The notes under the pieces were generated by a model. It worked only from the letters and a program-made list of their open reading frames with translations, searched no databases and had not been told where the DNA came from. Position numbers and translations under genes: made by a program. Source: Verrucomicrobiales bacterium (lineage in GTDB: Bacteria > Verrucomicrobiota > Verrucomicrobiia > Verrucomicrobiales > V1-33). Taken from it: a stretch of 64,000 nt of DNA. Numbering within the stretch: position 1 is the first letter of the stretch; each line of letters opens with the position of its first letter. The stretch spans positions 36,675 through 100,674 of the forward strand of contig JANOAV010000192.1 of the NCBI GenBank assembly GCA_031411295.1. The letters run 5' to 3'. Below, in pieces: positions 8,701 through 15,357 of this stretch.

Positions 8701-10144
8701 CTCCCAGTAGAGGTTTCACGCCTGCTGCTTGAGCAGCTTGGGTGAATTCCACAGCGCCATGGAGGTTGCCGGAATCGGCTAGACCCACCGCCGGCAGCTC
8801 ATACGCTGCCGCCAGCCGCACGATCTCCTTCGGCGTTAGGGTGGAGTCGAGAAATGAGTAGCCACTCCGCACATTGAGTGGGGTGTAACAAGGGAGCAGG
8901 GGCGGCCCGCCCCTGCTTGCAGTTATAATTTTTTGCAAGTGGGGGCGGGCCGCCCCCACTCCCATAATTTCCGGCTCGGGGCCTTGTTGCAGGCGGAGAT
9001 CGTGACCGCGGAAGATGGCGCGGTCTCCGTGCGTCGTTCGCAAATTATCAATCGCATTGGCTAGCCGACGTTTCGCAGCATGGCCTTCTCCGCGCACTTC
9101 CAGCGCCAGTTCACTGAGGGTCCAGTGATCATAGATTTTGGAAAATTTCAGCGATACTAACCGCAAACTCACCCGACGCTGCCAAGCCGCCCGCAGCATG
9201 GATCGCAGCATGCTGTAAATGTCTGTTTCCAGATCCGTGGGTTCCAGCAGGCTTTCGCTGCGTTGATCTTCCTGCATATCATTGTAGCGCACGCGGACCG
9301 TTAGGGTGCGAATGCATCGTCCCTCCGCCCGCACCTTGGCCATGAGCCGATCCGCCATGCACCGGAGCACCGCTTCGGCGTAATCTTCGTCCGTGATGTC
9401 CTTGGCGAACGTCTCCTGTTCGCTGAAGGTAAGCTGCTCCGCGCGTTCACAGACCAGCGGTCGGAGATCGATGCCTCGGGCGTAATCTCGAATGGTGGCC
9501 GCTTGATTTCCCAGCACCAGTTGCAACCTTTCCAGCGGCGTGTCCGCAATCTGTTCGATCCTCGCCAAGCCTGCCGCCTGCAGCCTAGCCGCTGTTTTCT
9601 CCCCCACGCCGGGCAACCATTTGCTGGCCAGCGGATTCAGGAAACTCACCTCCTGCCCGGGCGGCACGACGCGGAAACCATGCGGTTTGTCCAGCTTGGA
9701 CGCAATCTGACTAACCAGCTTACTGGAACCGATCCCTTCGCTCACGGAAATTTTCAGGCCATCAGCAATCGCTCCCCGCAACCGCTCTGCCACCGTTACG
9801 GCGGGTTGGCGCGAGCCGCTAACATCGAAGTAACCTTCATCAATCGACGACTGTTCCACCTTCGGCGTGAAATCATAAGCATAGGAAAACATCCACTGCG
9901 AGAACCGTTCATATTTCTCGAAATCCCCCGGCAGCACAATCAATTGCGGACACAGCTTCCGCGCCCGCATGGTGGGCATGGGCGTGTAAACTCCAAATTT
10001 CCGCGCCTCGTAGGACGCCGATGCAATGATCCCGCGCTTCTCCCCACCCACGGCAATCGGCCGCCCCCGCAGACGGGAGTCTGAGGCTTGCTCCACCGAG
10101 GCAAAGAAGGCATCGGCATCAAGATGGATAATGGATCGGGTCAC
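5777..10144 (-). CDS. dinB-dnaE2: Fused Y-family polymerase (DinB/Pol IV-like) and C-family error-prone polymerase (DnaE2-like)
   Basis: N-terminus IIHLDADAFFASVEQ, SYEARKFGV, SIDEGY; then PHP-like segment, RGSAADSLVCYCL, PDIDLDF, HPCGVV, KLDIL, FCKAHS, C-terminal OB fold MKFLTLADYTG; single open frame. Confidence 0.92.
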   Translation of the reverse strand: MTRSIIHLDADAFFASVEQASDSRLRGRPIAVGGEKRGIIASASYEARKFGVYTPMPTMRARKLCPQLIVLPGDFEKYERFSQWMFSYAYDFTPKVEQSSIDEGYFDVSGSRQPAVTVAERLRGAIADGLKISVSEGIGSSKLVSQIASKLDKPHGFRVVPPGQEVSFLNPLASKWLPGVGEKTAARLQAAGLARIEQIADTPLERLQLVLGNQAATIRDYARGIDLRPLVCERAEQLTFSEQETFAKDITDEDYAEAVLRCMADRLMAKVRAEGRCIRTLTVRVRYNDMQEDQRSESLLEPTDLETDIYSMLRSMLRAAWQRRVSLRLVSLKFSKIYDHWTLSELALEVRGEGHAAKRRLANAIDNLRTTHGDRAIFRGHDLRLQQGPEPEIMGVGAARPHLQKIITASRGGPPLLPCYTPLNVRSGYSFLDSTLTPKEIVRLAAAYELPAVGLADSGNLHGAVEFTQAAQAAGVKPLLGAEIHVAGKPVLLYAADTTGYHNLCALLTGDGQRNFKREELALRHTGLLAISPDASLAEIFPDRFYRAAAGKRLPGNAQILCPRIHYAKPEDRQQWEIIQSIRTLTLLRESHPAKRLGGCYHFRTPAEMASVERSHPTLLAATREIADRCKFVLPLGPPLFPAFTPPDGSTPHEFLRTLVFQGLHARYGHRATQHYGQIEEELGMIFEVGYEEYFLVVWDLLQACKAAGIEWITRGSAADSLVCYCLKISGVCPIRFKLYFRRFLNRERMAMNKLPDIDLDFPHDRKDDVVKLLFAKYGEDHCAVVGGFSTFQARSAFAEVAKVLGVAEREVRRFTEHFPWSFGGGWVPEGRAKVGEDLIERLRVRPECSDLPLDEEPYRTALLTAVFLDGFPRYPKMHPCGVVLSPGKMTELCPTFVANKGYATTHFDMDAVEAMGLVKLDILAQGGLAVMRDACEAINNSVEGEVTRPATHNEGKAWRDAGLLTSPATVGVDLEALEPWKDPEVWAMISGGGGRGVHHIESPAMVSLCKMTNVQEIDGLAAIVSVIRPGAANEQKKLRFTRRYQGMEETTYPDPSLQECLSDSYGLVIYEEHILQICETFAGLNPGRADVLRRALSKGKREVIEQVRLEFFDSAIARGHTSLRTMEVWDLVSGFAGYAFCKAHSTAYGVEAYQAAWLKRYHPAEFMAAVLTNGKGFYDALVYVLECLRIGLKFLPPKATAVGPKFVVEPDGIRVPLTRTKGLRDVTVERIITEAKRINFKSLRDFFERVRPNAEEMEAMIRVGGFDCFGDSRTTQFWEAQQWLRHFQINTADGQLWLIPPPSLDLAAFPNVPLNEPSLLEKLQWETELLGFTVSGHPLELFPNIAWETYCSIKDLGQYAGQRIVTCGLIIEQRTHHQVTGEPMKFLTLADYTGIVETELFAATYRNYGLTTVRYPVLEVEATVEPYENGNGFSLRVHRASGPRMRVGDPTVRS
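7236..7318. repeat. REP-like inverted doublet inserted in-frame within the DnaE2 region
   Basis: Left arm GTGGCGGGCGACGTTAGGAGACC (7236-7258); reverse complement of right arm (7296-7318) GTAGAGGGCGAGGTAACGAGACC; 18/23 match. Confidence 0.7.
8892..8963. repeat. REP-like inverted doublet in the DinB-DnaE2 linker
   Basis: GGGAGCAGGGGCGGCCCGCCCCTGCTTGCA (8892-8921) vs reverse complement of 8934-8963 GGGAGTGGGGGCGGCCCGCCCCCACTTGCA; each arm self-palindromic; AT-rich 12-nt spacer. Confidence 0.8.
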
Positions 10145-10154
10145 GGCAGTTTGG

Positions 10155-10172
10155 ACTGTTCTAAAGAACAGT
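10155..10172. promoter_or_regulatory. LexA (SOS) box of Verrucomicrobia type, TGTTC-N4-GAACA
   Basis: ACTGTTC-TAAA-GAACAGT with perfect 7-bp arms, about 10 bp upstream of the GTG start of the polymerase fusion. Confidence 0.85.
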
Positions 10173-10195
10173 ATTCAAATGGTCACGAAAGTCAA
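10168..10195 (-). promoter_or_regulatory. Putative sigma70 promoter of the dinB-dnaE2 fusion
   Basis: Minus strand TTGACT-16 nt-TACTGT; the -10 overlaps the LexA palindrome. Confidence 0.6.
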
Positions 10196-10373
10196 GCTGT
10201 GTGCGCCTGAGCCACGGTCATCCTCCGGTCCCAGGGGAAGTGCGATGCTTTCAAACCGGGCGGTCTCAGCGGTCCGCGTGGTTGGAGTTCAGGTTTGCCG
10301 AGCAAACTCAAAATGAACATTTGCCACGGCCCCGGAACCATGCGAGTCTGCGAACCGTCCCAAATTTCTAGGT

Positions 10374-12266
10374 ATGGGGACCGATAAATTTATGGACAAA
10401 GTATTTTCCGAACTAGGACTTTCCCCCGAACTGCTTGCTGCAGTAACCGCGCAGGGATTCGAACAACCCTCCCCAATTCAAGCCTCGGCTATTCCGCCTG
10501 CCTTGGAAGGACGTGATGTCGTGGGGCAATCTCAAACCGGCAGCGGCAAGACCATGGCTTTTGCCGTTCCGGTAGTGCAACTGGTGGATCCCACCAAACG
10601 CTACATGCAGGCCCTGATTCTGGCCCCCACGCGGGAACTCGCCAATCAAGTGTGCGAGGAAGTGCACAAACTCGCCAGCCACCGACCTGGCATCAAAGCC
10701 GTGGCCGTGTATGGTGGTTCCTCGTATGATCGCCAGATTCGTGGCATCGAAGGCGGGGCGCAAGTTATCGTGGGCACGCCCGGCCGGGTGCTGGACATGG
10801 TGAACCGTCGCATTCTGAAGTTGGAAAACGTCAAGTTTCTGGTCTTCGATGAAGCGGATGCCATGCTGGACATGGGTTTCCGGGAGGAAATCGACGAAGT
10901 GCTCGCCAAGGTGCCAGCAGACCGCCAAACGCTCTTTTTCTCCGCCACCCTCAGCGGCCCCATCCGTTATCTGATCGACAAATACACGCGCAATGCTGCC
11001 ATCATTACGGTGGAACATCGTGCGCTGACGGTGCCTACGGTCGAGCAAATGTATTATGAAGTGCAAAGTCGCTCGAAGGTGGAAGTGCTCACACGTATCT
11101 TGGACATTGAGCAACCACGTCTGGCCATCGTCTTCGCGAACACAAAGCGGATGGTGGATGAAACGACCGACACCTTGATGGCGCGCGGTTATGCCACTGA
11201 CCGCCTCCATGGAGATCTCAATCAAAACATGCGCGAGCGGGTGCTCAAGAATTTCCGCAGCGGAGCCGTGGAAGTGCTGATTGCGACGGATGTGGCGGCT
11301 CGTGGTTTGGATGTCAATGACATCGATCTGGTGGTGAATCTGGAACTCCCGTATGACGAAGAAGATTACGTCCACCGCATCGGGCGGACAGGCCGGGCAG
11401 GCCGTGCTGGTAAGGCCGTGAGCCTGCTGAGCGGACGGGAAATTTTCCTGTTCCAACGCATCATGCGTTTCACCAAAGGCAAGGCCGAGCGCAAGAGCGT
11501 GCCGAGCCAGGAAGAGTTGATTGGCAAACGCGCTGATATTTTCTTCGTGAAATTGAAGGAGAAAGTCGAATCTGGTGCGTTCCATAATCACGAAACCACC
11601 CTGCAACGATTGCTGGATGCTGGTCATGCCATCACGGATGTCGCCAGTTGTCTGATGGATCTCTGGATGGCTGAGACCGCCCGGGAGCGGGAGGAAATCA
11701 TGGAGGATCGCAAGGGCGGTGCCCCCATCAAAGATCGTAAGGATAAAAAGGGCAGCACCAAGGAATGGCGTGATGACGGGGCTCAAGCCGAGCGCCCCAA
11801 CCGCTTCGATAAATTTGCGCGCAATGATTCAGAGCCACGGGCTTCGCGTCCGCCCCAAGGAAGCGATGATTTCAAACGTTTGTTCCTGAATCTGGGAGCG
11901 ATGGACGAAGTAACGCCGGGGGATATTGCCGGTGCGATTTATCGCGAAGCGCAACTGCCTCCTGGTTCACTGGGTCGCATCGAAATCTTCGAGCGCTGCA
12001 GTTACGTCGGCGTGCCCCAAGAACACGTGGAACAAGTCATGAGCACCGTGGGCCAAGCCAAATGGCGTGGTCGTCCGTTGCGCATGGATGTGGCGGATCG
12101 TCAGGAATTCGGGGAAGGCAATGCCGCCCGCAAACCCACCTTCCGCAAGAGTTACGGCGGTGGCGGGGGGGCCGGTGGTGGTGGCTATAGAGGCGGTGGT
12201 GATGACCGCGGCCCCCGTCCACCCTACGGCAAGAAGCCCTACGGTAGCAAACCACGCGGGGAGTAA
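10374..12266 (+). CDS. deaD: DEAD-box RNA helicase, DeaD/CsdA-like, with DbpA RNA-binding domain and Gly/Arg-rich tail
   Basis: Q motif (PSPIQ), SQTGSGKT, PTRELA, DEAD, SAT, HRIGRTGRAG; C-terminal LFLNLG...PGDIAGAI..G.IEIF. Confidence 0.92.
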   Translation: MGTDKFMDKVFSELGLSPELLAAVTAQGFEQPSPIQASAIPPALEGRDVVGQSQTGSGKTMAFAVPVVQLVDPTKRYMQALILAPTRELANQVCEEVHKLASHRPGIKAVAVYGGSSYDRQIRGIEGGAQVIVGTPGRVLDMVNRRILKLENVKFLVFDEADAMLDMGFREEIDEVLAKVPADRQTLFFSATLSGPIRYLIDKYTRNAAIITVEHRALTVPTVEQMYYEVQSRSKVEVLTRILDIEQPRLAIVFANTKRMVDETTDTLMARGYATDRLHGDLNQNMRERVLKNFRSGAVEVLIATDVAARGLDVNDIDLVVNLELPYDEEDYVHRIGRTGRAGRAGKAVSLLSGREIFLFQRIMRFTKGKAERKSVPSQEELIGKRADIFFVKLKEKVESGAFHNHETTLQRLLDAGHAITDVASCLMDLWMAETAREREEIMEDRKGGAPIKDRKDKKGSTKEWRDDGAQAERPNRFDKFARNDSEPRASRPPQGSDDFKRLFLNLGAMDEVTPGDIAGAIYREAQLPPGSLGRIEIFERCSYVGVPQEHVEQVMSTVGQAKWRGRPLRMDVADRQEFGEGNAARKPTFRKSYGGGGGAGGGGYRGGGDDRGPRPPYGKKPYGSKPRGE

Positions 12267-12308
12267 GCTCCCAGAGGCGGGGCGGCTCTCCCGGTCTTTC
12301 TCAATCTA

Positions 12309-12713
12309 ATGATAACGCCATCTCGCCCCTTCGTAGCCGTGGCCTGCGCAGTGATTCAAGGCGCGGATGGTCGTATCTTGGCCGCTCAGCGCCCATTTAA
12401 TAAAAGCCTGGGCGGTAAATGGGAATTCCCGGGGGGTAAGATCGAGACCGGAGAAACCCCCGCCGATGCTCTGGTGCGCGAGTTAGAAGAGGAGTTGGGA
12501 ATCCACACCCAAGTGGACCGCGCCTTGAGCGTGGTGCACTATGATTACGAGGCCTTCAGCATCGAACTGCACCCATTCGTGGTCACGATTCTGGCAGGCG
12601 AAATGATCGCCAAAGAGCACGAGGAAATCCGTTGGATCACTTTGGAAGAAGCTCCCGCCATCGACTGGGCGGAGGCGGATATTCCGATCTGGCAGGAGTT
12701 GGCGAGACGATGA
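12309..12713 (+). CDS. NUDIX hydrolase, MutT/NudG-like
   Basis: Nudix box GGKIETGETPADALVRELEEELGI; WEFPGG. Confidence 0.9.
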   Translation: MITPSRPFVAVACAVIQGADGRILAAQRPFNKSLGGKWEFPGGKIETGETPADALVRELEEELGIHTQVDRALSVVHYDYEAFSIELHPFVVTILAGEMIAKEHEEIRWITLEEAPAIDWAEADIPIWQELARR

Positions 12714-12792
12714 ATCGGAAACCACGGCTGCGGCTCGACTCGCGCGCTGTGAAGCTGCACAACCTCAGCCAGTCTGGACTGGATGTCTGAGC

Positions 12793-15189
12793 TTATTTCG
12801 CCTCCTTGGCCAATGTCTTGCGCCACTTGTCCAGCCACTTTGGGAGCTCGGCGGGCTTGGTGACGGTGTAGTCGTAGCCGGTGGGATTATGTTCTTTCAA
12901 CTCGGCCAGACTGGCGTAACAGCGGCCATCCGTCTTCCCTGGAAAGAGCGGAGCCAGGGAATTCAAATCGATAAAACGAGCCCACTTCAAGCCTTTGCCT
13001 GCCCCGATTCCTTCAGGGAGCGGATGAGCGGCAAACCACGCGCAGGCGGATTCCACTGCTGCGGTCAGCGCAGGTGTCACGGGGCGCATTTTGAACAGCG
13101 TGCGGATGACTTCCACGCTTTCTCCGCCGCTTAGGGCGGCTACTTCGAATCCACGTGCGGCCACGGGTTGCATGGTTAGTAAATCATATTGCGCTGCCCA
13201 CACGGTAGGCTTGAGGGCCACGGACACCTGCAATCGCACCAAGGCATCAACGCCCTTGGCTAACGCCTGCTGGCATGCCTGCCGATGTGCCTCGTCCACC
13301 CATCCAAATCCATCCTTGCCCAGCACGATCAATTGCAGCACTTCCATGACATGCGGCATGGCGCCATCATTGAGCGTGAGTGCATCGTGATAGCCGCCTT
13401 CCAGCGGATAGCATTGCGGCCAGCCTCCGTTGGGAAATTGTGCTGCTAGCAAATAGTCGATCCCTCGCTCCACCGAGGCTTTTACGTGGTCGTCAGGATG
13501 CTCGGTCTGCAGTTGGGCCAGAAACAGCAGTTGCTTCGTGGTGGCCCGATTATCGAACGTCCCCGCATAATGCGCAGCATCGGATTGCGCAGTCCAGGCC
13601 ATGCCGGGCTGACGTCCGCCGGATGCATATTTCACATGCTTGGACCAGCCACCGGCAGGGACTTGCCAGGAAACTAATGTTTGCGCCAGCGTTAGTTCCG
13701 CTTCGGTTCCGGTGGGTTTCTCTGGCAATTCCACTTCCCCCCCAGACTCCGGTGCGGGCTTGGGTTGATCGAGTTGCGCGGCTTTGGTTTCCTCTGCCAA
13801 AATTTCGTCATGCCTGCGACGGAACTCATCAGACCTCATGAAATATGCTTTCCAAGCGGTCTGTTCCGCTGGCGGCAGGTTGGCGAGACGTCGGGCGTAG
13901 CGCTGTGAGGCATAGATTTCCCCAGCTTCACCACCAATGTTGGATCCTGCCCAGGCCAGCATCGCCCGCCAGTCTTCCAGCACCACATCATGCCCACCTT
14001 CATGCAAATAGTAGCCGAGGGTGCCATTCACGAGCTTGCCCGGCTTCGGCCATTCTTGCGCCTTCAGGCCGCTCTTGGCCGTCAATTCATAGACGGGCGA
14101 TGCCGCTTTAAGCGTCAGGAATTCGCCTTTGGGATCTGACCACAAATCGGTAGTGCCACTCACCCCTAACAATGGCCGAGGAGCCACGCAGGCCACCAGT
14201 TGGTGTTGATCGAAAGGCATGGAGGTCTCCTCTTCGGCATATTTCGCATAGTTCTTGGCGAACCAATGGGGGAAGCGTTTCGTTAGATCAGCAGGCGTTT
14301 CGCCAAAGATACGTTTGCTCAGCGCCAGTCCACCTGCGCCCGAGCAATTCGAGACGATGCCAGCGAACCGTTCATCCTGCGCCCCGGCCCACAAGGCAGC
14401 TTTGCCTAATCTGCTGAATCCAGTTAGGGATACCCGTTTCGCATCCACCCGATCATTCGTTTCCAAATAATCCAACGCCCGACTCAGCCCCCAAGCCCAT
14501 GCGCCGACCGCCCCCCAGTCGCCTGGTCCAGGTTCGGGGGCCAGACCGCGGACACCTTGTTTCCAGGCTCCATCCTGGTCTGGCTCGATCTCCCCGTAGG
14601 CTACCGTAGCCAGGCCGAAGCCGTTTTCCAGAATGAAATCAACCGGCCATTGGTAGCGATGCATCCCGCGCGCAGCCTCGGTAGGCTTGTGATCCGGGAG
14701 CTTGTTATCGAACAACCCCATCGCAAAATGCGTCGGCAGCGGGAGATCTGGATCGTCCGTGGTGGTATAATTTCCGTCGAAATTCAACCCCAGGAAGAGT
14801 GGCACCGGTTTGGTCACATCGTTGGGTAAATAGACTAGCAATTCCATACTTCGTCCCTGCTCTGTCCCCTCAAACAGCACCTTCACGCGGAGGCGAGTCG
14901 CACGGCCCCCACGGGCTAGGGGCTTTTCTTCGATCACCCGAAATTGTAATTTCTCCGGCCGCCCCAGCAGCGTGCGGCCATACATTTCATAACTGAATTG
15001 CGCCAACAGTTGGCTCCGTTGCTTCCGCCAGGCGTCTTTCGTGGTGATCTCGGAGTCCTTGGCATCAAGCAGCGGAGCCGGCAGGACATAGGGAGGGACA
15101 TCGGATTCCTCCTTCACTGGACCAGCGAGGAGCGGGGAAATAGGGAGGATTGCCATGGGAGCCAGAAAGGTGAGTCGGGGGAAATTCAT
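12793..15189 (-). CDS. Secreted fusion of CE15-like (glucuronoyl esterase-type) alpha/beta hydrolase and PL10 pectate lyase (PelA-like)
   Basis: GFSRLGKAALWAGAQDERF and PFDQHQLVACVAPRP (CE15-like); GTFDNRAT, AQFPNGGWPQCYP, YHDALTLNDGAM, WAAQYD, ARGFE (PL10). Start placed at MNFPRL signal peptide; ORF track starts at 15330. Confidence 0.8.
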   Translation of the reverse strand: MNFPRLTFLAPMAILPISPLLAGPVKEESDVPPYVLPAPLLDAKDSEITTKDAWRKQRSQLLAQFSYEMYGRTLLGRPEKLQFRVIEEKPLARGGRATRLRVKVLFEGTEQGRSMELLVYLPNDVTKPVPLFLGLNFDGNYTTTDDPDLPLPTHFAMGLFDNKLPDHKPTEAARGMHRYQWPVDFILENGFGLATVAYGEIEPDQDGAWKQGVRGLAPEPGPGDWGAVGAWAWGLSRALDYLETNDRVDAKRVSLTGFSRLGKAALWAGAQDERFAGIVSNCSGAGGLALSKRIFGETPADLTKRFPHWFAKNYAKYAEEETSMPFDQHQLVACVAPRPLLGVSGTTDLWSDPKGEFLTLKAASPVYELTAKSGLKAQEWPKPGKLVNGTLGYYLHEGGHDVVLEDWRAMLAWAGSNIGGEAGEIYASQRYARRLANLPPAEQTAWKAYFMRSDEFRRRHDEILAEETKAAQLDQPKPAPESGGEVELPEKPTGTEAELTLAQTLVSWQVPAGGWSKHVKYASGGRQPGMAWTAQSDAAHYAGTFDNRATTKQLLFLAQLQTEHPDDHVKASVERGIDYLLAAQFPNGGWPQCYPLEGGYHDALTLNDGAMPHVMEVLQLIVLGKDGFGWVDEAHRQACQQALAKGVDALVRLQVSVALKPTVWAAQYDLLTMQPVAARGFEVAALSGGESVEVIRTLFKMRPVTPALTAAVESACAWFAAHPLPEGIGAGKGLKWARFIDLNSLAPLFPGKTDGRCYASLAELKEHNPTGYDYTVTKPAELPKWLDKWRKTLAKEAK

Positions 15190-15357
15190 CCACGGATACT
15201 CCATGATGGGCTCAAACTTGCAATTCTTTAAACCTGCGTGCGGTCGGTCGGAACGTGGCATTGAAACCTGGCGTCGTGGGAGGGGCTCTGCCAGCGAGCC
15301 TTGAATACGGAGGCGAAACGAGTTTCCCATTTACTGAATTAACTTAGGAAGCTGCGA

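Noticed and set aside
10413..11786. 457-aa antisense ORF and similar long shadow ORFs (39484-41127, 57199-58188, 2009-2899)
   Set aside because: They lie opposite well-supported genes and are expected from GC-rich codon bias
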